Virus record (IMG/VR): IMGVR_UViG_3300035182_000826
Span: 97,453-161,452 of that record
Length of the DNA: 64,000 nucleotides
Direction: 5' to 3' (one strand)
DNA from: a virus
Positions 9,971-19,571 of this stretch are shown here, piece after piece. The notes below the pieces were generated by a model. It made no database searches, was not told the DNA's origin, and saw nothing but the letters and a program-made list of their open reading frames with translations. A program made the translations under genes and the position numbers. Every line of letters begins with the position of its first letter. Position 1 is the first letter of the stretch.

Positions 9971-11539
9971 ATGAACTTCTTAGAATATCTCATTGAAGCG
10001 CAATTCAGTGAAGCTGACCTTGAGCGTATCATCAAAGTCTTTGAGCGCAGAGCGCCAAAGCTACTTGGTGGTCCGATTTACCGTTATGGTGGTAAGAAGG
10101 GCGTAGAACAACTTCCAGGCGCCTCAGTCGGCTATCTGTTTTTCTTTGCCACGAACAGAGCATTTCGGATTAGAGCGCGTGCCGGTAAGATTCTTGGGAT
10201 TGATGTCTGGACGAATTACCACCCATTCAATGGCCCTAACTTCGTGATTCATGTTGAGGAACTTGCAGCTGAGGATGTGATCGGTGCAATCAAGGAGATT
10301 GCAAGCATGATCAAGAATCCAAAGGTTGGTAAGATCGAGGTGAAGACAGCAGCGGTCACAGAAGGCATTGAACAACTTGATGAAATGGCCAAGCGTGTTG
10401 ACGCTGACTCATTCTATCAGATGATGGTTAAGTCTGTTGGTAAGGCCGACGCAGAGTCTGCTACATGGGACCAGATCAAGTCAGTGGCCAATGAAAACGA
10501 TGTGCTGATTCCAGCATACATTCGTGATCAGAAGATTGGCCGTGGTAAGTGGAACACCAAGCCAGGCTCAGTTCAGGATATCAGTTCAGGAAAAGAAACT
10601 GAATCTGACGTCAATGATGCGGCGTCAAAGAAGAAAGCGCCAATCATGTACATCAAGGTCACCGCGCAAGACCCTGATACGAAGAAGTTCATTTCTGCTG
10701 ACACACCTGAAGCACAAGCCTTGTACAAGCAGCTTCAAACAACTCTGAAGGCGCCTCCTTCAGAGGAAGAGCTGCGTGACCCTGAAACACTGTACGGCCA
10801 CATGGCTCAGCTAGTTCAGATGGCTTGCAAGGGCTCACTTCGCTCACTGCTGATTTACGGTGGCCCAGGTACTGGTAAGACCTTCACGATCATGAATGTG
10901 GTCAATGATGCCGGGCTCAGCAAGGGAAGCGATTACGTGAAGTTGTCTGGTAAGGCAACGGCGGCTGAAATCTACAAGACGCTGTTCATGTACCGTAAGA
11001 ACGGCCTGGTGATCTTTGATGACTTGGACAGCATGTGGGGTAACCAAGACGCTACCAACATTTTGAAGGCTGCGCTAGACACATCAGACGTTCGTGAAAT
11101 TGCATGGGCTTCACGCGATACCGTGAACGTGTCACGCATGTCTGACAAAGAACGTGAAGAGTTCAATGATAAGGTTGACGCCGAAATTGAAGAGAACCCA
11201 GCTAACGCTAGATACCCATCAATGTTTGACTTCACTGGCCGAGTGATCTTCATCTCAAACCTCCGCAAGGATCAGTTCGACACCGCAATCATGTCACGTT
11301 CAGCTAAGATCAACATGGACTTGACGCCAGCTGAAATTCTGCAACGTATGAGAAACATCCTCCCAACACTTGGTGGTAACGATGTTTCACTTGACAAGAA
11401 ACAGGCACTGCTTGATCACTTGCTAGAGATGCACGGTAAGGGTGAAATCACTGCTGTCACAATGCGTGAATTCATCAAGGGGTTGAACATTGTTCGTTCA
11501 GGTGTACCAAACTGGAAGGAACTCATCCAGTACGCTTGA
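9971..11539 (+). CDS. AAA+ ATPase with N-terminal extension (probable virion protein)
   Basis: Walker A GGPGTGKT, Walker B VIFDD, FTGRVIFISN, SR finger; TAAATA at 9908-9913. Confidence 0.8.
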   Translation: MNFLEYLIEAQFSEADLERIIKVFERRAPKLLGGPIYRYGGKKGVEQLPGASVGYLFFFATNRAFRIRARAGKILGIDVWTNYHPFNGPNFVIHVEELAAEDVIGAIKEIASMIKNPKVGKIEVKTAAVTEGIEQLDEMAKRVDADSFYQMMVKSVGKADAESATWDQIKSVANENDVLIPAYIRDQKIGRGKWNTKPGSVQDISSGKETESDVNDAASKKKAPIMYIKVTAQDPDTKKFISADTPEAQALYKQLQTTLKAPPSEEELRDPETLYGHMAQLVQMACKGSLRSLLIYGGPGTGKTFTIMNVVNDAGLSKGSDYVKLSGKATAAEIYKTLFMYRKNGLVIFDDLDSMWGNQDATNILKAALDTSDVREIAWASRDTVNVSRMSDKEREEFNDKVDAEIEENPANARYPSMFDFTGRVIFISNLRKDQFDTAIMSRSAKINMDLTPAEILQRMRNILPTLGGNDVSLDKKQALLDHLLEMHGKGEITAVTMREFIKGLNIVRSGVPNWKELIQYA

Positions 11540-11573
11540 CGCGTGGTGAATACAAAAAGAGCGACACGAAATG

Positions 11574-11601
11574 ACACGAGGGGCCCTAGGGCCCCTCGTG
11601 T
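11574..11601. repeat. 28-bp perfect palindrome (CCCTAGGG-centred); related copies at 17870-17895 and 62884-62905
   Basis: ACACGAGGGGCCCTAGGGCCCCTCGTGT. Confidence 0.9.
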
Positions 11602-11636
11602 GTTATGCTCTGCAGTTTATTTGTTCGGTGCGCACT

Positions 11637-11665
11637 CGGCCTCACCGGTGTCGCCGAGGCTGTGC
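11637..11665 (-). repeat. Solo copy of repeat module A
   Basis: Reverse complement contains GCACAGCCTCGGCGACACCGGTGAGG, identical to the copy at about 24896-24921. Confidence 0.85.
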
Positions 11666-11841
11666 TTTTGTGCACCTAAAGGACGCACAAAGCCGGGAAT
11701 GTTGTTGTCCTGGTTTCGTTCACATGAACGCACGAATTGTCTGACCCTGAGCTGTGATGGGAACATCACGCGACCATCGGTTTGAATGGCAGACCTCTTT
11801 GAACATCCATAAATACAGAATAAGGGTTCAAGGGAAAGCCA

Positions 11842-13125
11842 ATGGCTGACATTTCAAATCTTCTCAAATCAGCCGGTATCAACGCTGAGCAAACCGCAAC
11901 AACTATCTTTGGCCAGGCCGTGCAAGACTTTGCCGGTAATCCAATTGCAAGTGCTATTGGAAACATCGGGAACTCGTCAACGAAGGTAAACAGAAACGAT
12001 GGGACGTGGCACGCCACCTCTTATGCGGCTTCAGCGGTGAACTCCCAGTTCAGAGGCAAGTTCAAGTTTCTCTTCAGGGTTGAGTTCTTGTTCAAGCAGA
12101 CACCAGACGTGCAACACTTTCTGACAGCAAACAAGATTGATCGGAACTTCGTCTTCATGGTGAAGCAGGTCGACCGTCCAAAGGTCGACTTTGAATATGA
12201 AGAAGTGAACATGTACAACCAAAAGACAAGGGTGCTGAAGTCAATCAAACACAAGGAATTGAACTTGACATTTATTGATGACGTTGGGAACAACGTGTAT
12301 GAGTTCTTCCGTTTCATGATGATGGTGCACTCGCCAATCACAAGAAGATCTGCGAATGCCGGATTTAACATTTCTGAGGCATATGCAGCTTACACATCTG
12401 GTAATGGTATGGTGTTCACCGACAGCATTGCTTCAGCTAACGTTGCACAGGACTTTGCATCACGTGGTGTGATAAACACTGACGTTGGTAACATCATCCA
12501 AGCGATCAAGATTTCACAGGTGTTCGTGAACCCTGCGCAAACTGGTCTTGGGAACGCCGTTAAGGAAGTCGCGTTCTTCTTCATCAATCCACGCGTGGTG
12601 TCTTTTGATCTTGATGAAATGTCTCATGACTCAAGTGACATGAACGTCTTCACCATGTCGTTTGACTATGACTTCATGGCAATGACACCAGCGCGGAACA
12701 TGCAGGCCATTGATGATGCAAAGAAGATGCCGACATGGAAGGATGCGCCTGGTGATTTGGCACCATCGTCAAACACTGGTGCTTCATCAGGTAATGCAAA
12801 TCCATATACCCAATTGATTTCGAATTCAGCAGCTCGTGCTGCTCAGAAGATCGTGAGCTCAACAGTTGGAAGGTATGTTAAACAGGTGCCTGGATTAGGA
12901 ATTGTAGCCGATACGCTTTCTGGGAAGGTAGAGCAAATCACTAGGGCTTCAGTTGGGAACCTGGCATCATCAACAGTCTCTTCTATTTCACAGGCATTTG
13001 CAAGACCATCTCGCGCGCTCGTAACTGATGACACTACTCAGCAGAATGCGAATGCATTGCAAGCGACGTACACCTCATCAACTGGTACGTACGGAACTGA
13101 TCAACCATCTATTGAGGAATCATAA
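11842..13125 (+). CDS. Tail-tube-fold baseplate/tube initiator protein
   Basis: FLFRVEF...VKQVDRPKVDFEYEEVNMYN...LTFIDD...FTMSFDYD resembles the gp19/gp54 fold; TAAATA at 11810-11815. Confidence 0.6.
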   Translation: MADISNLLKSAGINAEQTATTIFGQAVQDFAGNPIASAIGNIGNSSTKVNRNDGTWHATSYAASAVNSQFRGKFKFLFRVEFLFKQTPDVQHFLTANKIDRNFVFMVKQVDRPKVDFEYEEVNMYNQKTRVLKSIKHKELNLTFIDDVGNNVYEFFRFMMMVHSPITRRSANAGFNISEAYAAYTSGNGMVFTDSIASANVAQDFASRGVINTDVGNIIQAIKISQVFVNPAQTGLGNAVKEVAFFFINPRVVSFDLDEMSHDSSDMNVFTMSFDYDFMAMTPARNMQAIDDAKKMPTWKDAPGDLAPSSNTGASSGNANPYTQLISNSAARAAQKIVSSTVGRYVKQVPGLGIVADTLSGKVEQITRASVGNLASSTVSSISQAFARPSRALVTDDTTQQNANALQATYTSSTGTYGTDQPSIEES

Positions 13126-13580
13126 TGGCTAAGACAAATGGTAATGCCAGACCACGATCAACAATGAAGGGGCGGTTCATTCCAAAACACCCAGAGAAGT
13201 ACATCGGCGATCCATCAAAGATCTATGGCAGGTCAAGTTGGGAGTTCACCCTGTTCAAGTACTTTGACACAACTCCAGCTGTACTCCGTTGGGCCAGTGA
13301 AGAGTTCTCAATTCCGTACTTGTCACCATTGGATAACAAGGTCCATCAGTACTATCCAGATGCGTTCGTGGTTTATCGTGACAAAAGTGGTGGGGTCAAA
13401 AAGGAAATCATCGAAATCAAGCCATACAAAGAAACCGTATTGACACCAAAAGCTAGTGATCAAGACAAGTTAGCATTGCTGGTGAATACGGCAAAATGGA
13501 AGGCAGCTTCAGATTTTGCCCAGAGTAATGGCTTCACTTTCCGTGTCATTACAGAGCGGACTCTCTTTAAAACCCGGTGA
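13125..13580 (+). CDS. Head completion nuclease (T4 gp4-like, TnsA-type)
   Basis: GRFIPKHPEKYIGD, RSSWE, WASEE, IPY, YYPD, EIKP and N.AKW.AA motifs. Confidence 0.9.
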   Translation: MAKTNGNARPRSTMKGRFIPKHPEKYIGDPSKIYGRSSWEFTLFKYFDTTPAVLRWASEEFSIPYLSPLDNKVHQYYPDAFVVYRDKSGGVKKEIIEIKPYKETVLTPKASDQDKLALLVNTAKWKAASDFAQSNGFTFRVITERTLFKTR

Positions 13581-13732
13581 ATGTGAAACATAACCCTGTG
13601 TTTCATGTGCCGCTAAATAGTCGATACTTTCTAGAGTCAAAAATGCTACGTGAATCCTAAAGAACCAAACCGACGTAGAAACGATTGGCAAGGAAAAACT
13701 AGCTGCTGCTAAGAAACACATTGGAGACTAGC

Positions 13733-14188
13733 ATGTCAAACTTTGTAAAACCACTTGATGAAGTGTTCAACATTGAATCAGAGCACAATGGTTTTGATGA
13801 CTATGAGATGGTGCCAGAGTCAGCATTGCCTGCAACAACGCCACAAGAGCCTGCACCATACGTCCGTGATGAAGACGACATCGAAACTGATCGAAAGCTT
13901 GATGAAGTCTATAACGAAGCCAAAAAGACCTTTCAGAATCAAATGTCTTACACCGAAATCATTGAGCCTCGATATGCAGCTAGAAACGCTGAAGTTGCGG
14001 CTACGTTCTTGAACATTGCATTGGCCGCCGCAACGTCAAAGGCGCGAGTAAAGACCGATCGCAAGCGCGCAAACACATTCATTCCAGGCATGGGATCCAC
14101 AAAGATCACTAACAACACAGTTGTTGCGACAAGAGAAGAGATCTTGAGGATGATTGACGTTGATGGAACTAAGAAAGAAATCAAGTAA
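13733..14188 (+). CDS. Probable terminase small subunit (gp16-like)
   Basis: EPRYAARNAEVAATFL helix and ITNNTVVATREEIL tail; about 1.3 kb upstream of TerL; GGAG RBS before the ATG at 13733. Confidence 0.55.
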   Translation: MSNFVKPLDEVFNIESEHNGFDDYEMVPESALPATTPQEPAPYVRDEDDIETDRKLDEVYNEAKKTFQNQMSYTEIIEPRYAARNAEVAATFLNIALAAATSKARVKTDRKRANTFIPGMGSTKITNNTVVATREEILRMIDVDGTKKEIK

Positions 14189-14214
14189 ATAGGTCTATGA
14201 CCTTAGGATAGATA

Positions 14215-14655
14215 ATGACTAAATTCACGACCCTGTGCTCTTTGATTGAGGCTAAAGAGCTAACGCGCCCAATGTCAAAGAAGCACTTGACACAGCGCGC
14301 TTCAGTTGCGGCTGATGATGAAAAGGAGCTTGATCTTGGCGTGGTTGATATGAAGATCAAGCAAAAGAGACCGCACGGTGATACATCGAAAGTTGATCAT
14401 AAGCTGGCTGAAAGCATTTCTGATGACGCACGCAAGATTGCAGCAGAGCTACTTGGCACCACTGTTGACAAGATGGTACCTGTTTCTCATGATCAAGAAG
14501 AACAGGTCCTTGACACCGGAAGAGAGCTGCATAAGGAGTTTCTTGACTCTGCAGCTGGTAAGTGGGTTATCAGACTGTTCAGAGCCATCGGTCGTCGGTT
14601 CGTCAGAATCGAAATGAACGATCAGAATGAGACATACACGACACTGGGGCCATGA
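14215..14655 (+). CDS. Hypothetical late protein
   Basis: ORF with RBS; TAAATA at 14186-14191. Confidence 0.6.
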   Translation: MTKFTTLCSLIEAKELTRPMSKKHLTQRASVAADDEKELDLGVVDMKIKQKRPHGDTSKVDHKLAESISDDARKIAAELLGTTVDKMVPVSHDQEEQVLDTGRELHKEFLDSAAGKWVIRLFRAIGRRFVRIEMNDQNETYTTLGP

Positions 14656-14746
14656 TGACACTGGACAAGTTTACAACAACCCAAAGTCTCTTGACTATCA
14701 TGATGAAGTTGATACTGCAAGCCTAAATAGCTTAGGAGACTAAATC

Positions 14747-15277
14747 ATGCCAACACCTCTAATTAAGAGCCTTGCTAAAAAATCTGGTAAATCAATTCCA
14801 CGAGCTGAAAAGATGTGGCGCAAGGCAAAGGACATCGTTGCTAAAGAGTATGGTGAAGAGAATTATGCGCTTGTCGCAGGCATCACGAAAAAGATGCTTG
14901 GTCTGAAGGAAAGCATTCAGGACGATGAGATCAATGAACTGCTAGCCATGTTGTTCAAGGCGCGTGATGTAACTCACAAGTTACATTGGGGGACAAAGTC
15001 ATTCTCTGTTCATATGGCGCTCGGTGATCTGTACGAAACACTCATTGACCTAGCAGATGAACTCGCCGAGATGTACATGGGAAAGTACGGTGATCTGAAG
15101 GTTCCTGAATCCACTATTCAGTTCACAATGAACCCTGAGCAATTCATCATTGAACTCAGCCGTTCATTAGAGGCATTCAAATCACACATGGTTCAGGATG
15201 GCTGGTTTATCAACAAGTATGAAGAGCTTCAGGGTGAAGTTCAGCGCGTTGCTTACAAAATCAAGAATCTGAGATGA
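14747..15277 (+). CDS. Ferritin/Dps-like four-helix protein with basic N-terminal domain
   Basis: HKLHWGTKSFSVHMALGDLYE...DELAEMYMG...Y pattern; TAAATA at 14724-14729. Confidence 0.7.
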   Translation: MPTPLIKSLAKKSGKSIPRAEKMWRKAKDIVAKEYGEENYALVAGITKKMLGLKESIQDDEINELLAMLFKARDVTHKLHWGTKSFSVHMALGDLYETLIDLADELAEMYMGKYGDLKVPESTIQFTMNPEQFIIELSRSLEAFKSHMVQDGWFINKYEELQGEVQRVAYKIKNLR

Positions 15278-15495
15278 GCTCCCCATCTGCATTCAAAAAG
15301 TCTTCAGTGAAGTTCACTAGGCTATCCCCAATGCCTAAAAATAGACCTTACACAATTCCTGAGATTGAAAAGGCCTTGAAAGCACTTCACAAAATGGTTC
15401 ATGACCAGGCCGAAAGGTACGGTGGTGAGCACTCTGAGCTAGTGAAAGCTGGTATTGCTGAAAGTCTGTTAAAGGAGATAAACAGCAAAACGTAA
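15274..15495 (+). CDS. Hypothetical protein
   Basis: ORF translationally coupled to the upstream gene (ATGA overlap). Confidence 0.55.
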   Translation: MSSPSAFKKSSVKFTRLSPMPKNRPYTIPEIEKALKALHKMVHDQAERYGGEHSELVKAGIAESLLKEINSKT

Positions 15496-15507
15496 CATGG
15501 AGCTGTA

Positions 15508-17052
15508 ATGGCTAGAAATCCAAACTTGAAAAGAGCGCACGACACGTGCGAATACGACCTTGAAAAGGTGCAAGAGTTACAGAAGTGCACACAAGACCCA
15601 ATCTACTTCATGACGAAGTACGTCAAGGTTCAGCACCCTACTAAGGGTGCTGTTCCATTTGATCTGTACGAGTATCAGATAGAAATGGTTCGTGCAATTC
15701 ATGAAAACAAAGACACATTGCTATTGTGTTCACGCCAGATGGGTAAAACAACCGTGGCGGCAATGTACATTCTTTGGTTCGCGCTGTTCCACAAGGCAAA
15801 GCGCTGTGTGATTGCTTCTAAGGCAATGTCACATGCAGTTGAAATTCAATCACGTATCAAGTTCGCTTATGAAGAACTACCAATGTGGTTGAAAGCTGGT
15901 TGCACGTTCTACAATCGCACGTCAATTGAATTTGACAACAAATCAGTCATCATTTGTGAAGCAACGTCTGATAAAACTGGTCGTGGTAGCTCTCCAGCTA
16001 TCATCTTCCTAGACGAAATTGCGTTCATTCCACGCCGCATTCAGGATGAAATGTGGGGGTCACTGACACCTGCACTCTCAACTGGTGGTAAGTTCATCAT
16101 TTCATCGACTCCAAATGGCGACTCAGATCTGTTTGCTCAGTTATGGCGTGCTGCAAATTCGAAACAGAACAACTTTGTTCCATTGAGATTCTTGTGGTGG
16201 CAACACCCGGATCGCGGAGAAGCGTACTACAAGGAAATGGTTGGCAAGCTTGGTGAGCTTCGCGCGCGTCAAGAGCTAGACTGTGAGTTCTTGTCAAGTG
16301 ACGCACTGTTGGTTTCCTCAATTGTTCTACAAAGTCTCCGTTGGAAGCCACCAATCTTCGCGTCAATGGGTTTCAAGTTCTGGTGGCCTGAAGAGCTGCT
16401 ATGCGGTCCTAACAACATCTTCATGGTGGCAATGGATCCAGCGTCAGGAACTGGCAAAGACTTCTCCGTGATTGAGATTTTCGAGTTCAACACCATGGAG
16501 CAGGTTGGAGAATTCAGATCGAACGAAATCAACATTCCATTGCTATACGCGAAGCTACAGTGGGTATTGAAGTTCTTAGCAAGAAAGACTGTTGGCGGTA
16601 GTGCTGAGATTCTGTGGACCTTTGAACGCAACGGGCTTGGTGAGGCAATTGCAGCTCTGTACTGCAACGATGACAAGCGTGTTGACGAGGCTGAGTTGCT
16701 AAGTGATCACCCAATGAAGTTTGGTTTGTACACAACCGGCAAACAGAAGGTGCTCTCATGTCTGCAGCTAAAAACGCTTGTTGAGAAGACAACAAGTGGC
16801 TTTAAACTGAACTCAGAGGACTTGATCGCAGAGCTCAAGGAATTCGTTTCAAAGGGTGGTGGGTACGAAGCAAAGTCTGGTGCAACTGACGACTGCGTCA
16901 TGGCGACGGTTGGTATCACTCGCCTGTTGAAGCGGCTAAGTGAGTACAACGACAAGGCGTTCAGAACAGTGAACGAGTATCTTGATCCGGAACAGGATCA
17001 ACTTGTTCCGATGGATGAGTCTAGCTTGCCAGTTCCATTCTCAATATCCTGA
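15508..17052 (+). CDS. Terminase large subunit (gp17-like)
   Basis: LYEYQ, SRQMGKTT Walker A, IFLDE Walker B, SSTPNG, QELDCEF, MDPASG.GKD and DDCVMA RNase H motifs. Confidence 0.95.
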   Translation: MARNPNLKRAHDTCEYDLEKVQELQKCTQDPIYFMTKYVKVQHPTKGAVPFDLYEYQIEMVRAIHENKDTLLLCSRQMGKTTVAAMYILWFALFHKAKRCVIASKAMSHAVEIQSRIKFAYEELPMWLKAGCTFYNRTSIEFDNKSVIICEATSDKTGRGSSPAIIFLDEIAFIPRRIQDEMWGSLTPALSTGGKFIISSTPNGDSDLFAQLWRAANSKQNNFVPLRFLWWQHPDRGEAYYKEMVGKLGELRARQELDCEFLSSDALLVSSIVLQSLRWKPPIFASMGFKFWWPEELLCGPNNIFMVAMDPASGTGKDFSVIEIFEFNTMEQVGEFRSNEINIPLLYAKLQWVLKFLARKTVGGSAEILWTFERNGLGEAIAALYCNDDKRVDEAELLSDHPMKFGLYTTGKQKVLSCLQLKTLVEKTTSGFKLNSEDLIAELKEFVSKGGGYEAKSGATDDCVMATVGITRLLKRLSEYNDKAFRTVNEYLDPEQDQLVPMDESSLPVPFSIS

Positions 17053-17103
17053 ACCCCAAAATTGCGATTTTGGGTTCATGTTTAAGGCATACAATGCCAC
17101 ATC

Positions 17104-17346
17104 ATGGACAAAATCGCAATTTTTTGGTGTTCTCCTGAAGGGGCACCCCACGTAAGCTTCCTACCAGAGTCTGAATTGCTTCAGACGTTGGACATCATCA
17201 AGCAACTGAAACAAGACGGCATGCTTCACGTGACACAGTCGTTTGAACCGTCTGGTATGGTGGGGGCGTCAACTTTCGGTGCTGTTGAAAATGGCAAGCT
17301 GCCGAACGGCGACACCTATGACTGGATGAAGCGGAGACGAGCATGA
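17104..17346 (+). CDS. Hypothetical protein
   Basis: ORF after a TACAAT -10-like site. Confidence 0.6.
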   Translation: MDKIAIFWCSPEGAPHVSFLPESELLQTLDIIKQLKQDGMLHVTQSFEPSGMVGASTFGAVENGKLPNGDTYDWMKRRRA

Positions 17347-17448
17347 GCTACGCGCTGTTCTCAAACGGGCGTGAATTGAACATGATCTTCACCGCGTTTC
17401 AGCAATCAAGCTGAACTCGTCACTTTCCTCAAAGAACAATTCAAGTAA

Positions 17449-17658
17449 ATGCAAATTCAAGTTGGTATGGCTGTCGATGCCGAGTTTCTCGGCAAGCGTG
17501 AGCGTTGTGGCAAGATCGCCACAATCACCAAAACACAACGTGTCAAAACTGATCTTGGTGTGAATTTTCGTTTCGTCCCAGGCGACAATGTCTGGATCAC
17601 CCAGAAGGGGCAGCGCCTAGTGTCTGCCCAGAGCGAGGAACTCCTCAATGCGGCGTAG
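17449..17658 (+). CDS. Hypothetical protein
   Basis: ORF in a small-gene cluster. Confidence 0.55.
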   Translation: MQIQVGMAVDAEFLGKRERCGKIATITKTQRVKTDLGVNFRFVPGDNVWITQKGQRLVSAQSEELLNAA

Positions 17659-17869
17659 TCAAATATCTGATAACGCAGCTGTAGCAGACTACTGTTTGCT
17701 ACTCTTATCACACAGGTGGACATTTGACAATCGAGATGCCAAGCGGCACGCGAAGTTGATTTCGCCAGGTGGTAAAAAATATCCGGTGCCATCCGCGCCT
17801 GATAACAGAGGTGGATTAAATTTCATCTCTCACGTGAAGCGAGATCCGCACGCCGTGCCACCGAAATGA
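17648..17869 (+). CDS. Small protein, possibly HicA-like
   Basis: W....KRHAKLISPGG...VPSAP pattern. Confidence 0.4.
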   Translation: MRRSQISDNAAVADYCLLLLSHRWTFDNRDAKRHAKLISPGGKKYPVPSAPDNRGGLNFISHVKRDPHAVPPK

Positions 17870-17895
17870 AGAGAGGGACCCTAGGGTCCCTCTCT
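17870..17895. terminator. Palindromic bidirectional terminator
   Basis: AGAGAGGGACCCTAGGGTCCCTCTCT between convergent genes. Confidence 0.7.
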
Positions 17896-17939
17896 CGTTT
17901 TGCCTTACACCGTTTTACGTTTGGTGCAACCGGGGTGTG

Positions 17940-18677
17940 TTAGGCGGCACGGCGAACTACTCGTTCATCTGGACCATCGAGATGCAGCAGAATCGTCTTC
18001 ACGATTTCTGAACGCTGAACGTCACTGGTCATGAATTGAACTACGTTGATCTTGTTTGACTTCCCAGCCAAACGTCTCACGATGTAGTCTAAGCCGTTCT
18101 CTTGGACTCGAATCAGATCACTCTGAGATGAGTCACCATTGATCACGAACTGTGAGTACTCGCCGATACGAGTGACAAACAGCTTGATCTGTTCAACTGT
18201 TGTGTTTTGGGCTTCATCAAGAATCACAAAACTGTTGTTGAACGTTCTACCCCGCATGTAGGCCAGCGGCGCGAACTCAACCAACCCACCATCAAGCATC
18301 TTCTTTGTCATGGTAGGACCGATTAAGTCTTCCATGGCGTCAAGCAAAGGTTTGAGGTAAGGGGCAATCTTCTCTTCGAAGGTGCCTGGGAGAAAACCAA
18401 GACTTTCTCCAGCCTCACACACTGGGCGTGTGATAACAATCTTTGACACTTCTTTGCTCAACAGCTTTTCAAGTGCCACTGCCATGGCCAGGAATGATTT
18501 TCCTGTACCAGCGGGACCGACACCGATTGTGAGTGGCTGCTCACGCAGTGACTCTAGATACTGTGACTGTGCAAAGGTCTTTGCTTGAGGTTTGAATTTC
18601 AGCTTGATGACTTTTTCTCCTTCAGGATTAATTGGTTGAGGATACTTTTGCGCTGTGTTTGCGAGCCTTCTACCCAT
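17940..18677 (-). CDS. phoH: PhoH-family ATPase
   Basis: GPAGTGKS, ITRP, LGFLPG, YMRGRTF, LDEAQN and GDSSQSD motifs. Confidence 0.95.
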   Translation of the reverse strand: MGRRLANTAQKYPQPINPEGEKVIKLKFKPQAKTFAQSQYLESLREQPLTIGVGPAGTGKSFLAMAVALEKLLSKEVSKIVITRPVCEAGESLGFLPGTFEEKIAPYLKPLLDAMEDLIGPTMTKKMLDGGLVEFAPLAYMRGRTFNNSFVILDEAQNTTVEQIKLFVTRIGEYSQFVINGDSSQSDLIRVQENGLDYIVRRLAGKSNKINVVQFMTSDVQRSEIVKTILLHLDGPDERVVRRAA

Positions 18678-18847
18678 GTGATTCTCCTACAGAATGGGTG
18701 TTGCAAAGATGCGTTTGAAAACGCACGACCTGGCAGCGGGGCCGTAGTGCTGTGTTGTGCAACCAATTTGTTGACACCGTATTGTAGGAGTAGGCCCATA
18801 CCAGTTTCAAGAACAGCGTTGCGAACCAACAGCAACGCTGGAGAACC

Positions 18848-19231
18848 TTAGTCTTGCTTTTGAAGCACGAAGCGGATCCATTCCGCCGTGTTGTTGCAAG
18901 AGTGGTGAAGCATTGATTCACCAGCAGCAATGCAGTCTAGCAAATATTGCGCCAGGCGTGCTTGCTCAGGACCTGATAGAGCTTCGATTGCAGCTCTTGA
19001 TGCTTCTGTAGTGCTCTCGTCACCGTACGTGACAGGACCATTCAGATTCAGATCTGCGCTCTTTAGCCCATTTTTGAAAAACCCAGCTACTCGTGCAATT
19101 GCTAGTATCTGGTAGTTGTTAGTTACCCCACCAGCATCAACAACCTCTTTGAGGGTTAGATCAAGCAACATGTTTGTATGCGTTGGTGCACCAAACGTAA
19201 CTTCATTTTCGATTAGCTGTAGTAGTTTCAT
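18848..19231 (-). CDS. Hypothetical late protein
   Basis: MKLLQLIE start; TAAATA on the minus strand at 19260-19265. Confidence 0.65.
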   Translation of the reverse strand: MKLLQLIENEVTFGAPTHTNMLLDLTLKEVVDAGGVTNNYQILAIARVAGFFKNGLKSADLNLNGPVTYGDESTTEASRAAIEALSGPEQARLAQYLLDCIAAGESMLHHSCNNTAEWIRFVLQKQD

Positions 19232-19308
19232 TTTGGGCTACTGAGTTGTTGTATGTTTTTATTTACAACCGTGCGTTGTAGATACAGTAAGACAACTTGG
19301 AAATCACA

Positions 19309-19527
19309 ATGACCACAACTTGGGTTGACACAGAGACATCAGCAATTCCACCACATTCAACATGGGCTGCACTTGACGACATGGCGCTTCTGAAAGTCAA
19401 GGCCGCCTTGATGAACAGGCTTTACATCGCTGGGGCGAATCAAATGTATGCAATTCCGCTGAGACATGGAATTGCTGAGATCGAGGCCATTCTGATGGAT
19501 CGACTAAATAAGCCTGCTGGATCTTGA
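19309..19527 (+). CDS. Hypothetical protein
   Basis: ORF from the track; ATG start chosen. Confidence 0.5.
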   Translation: MTTTWVDTETSAIPPHSTWAALDDMALLKVKAALMNRLYIAGANQMYAIPLRHGIAEIEAILMDRLNKPAGS

Positions 19528-19571
19528 TAGCTAGCACCAGCAATTGTTTCAGCTAGCGGAACGGAGAACTC

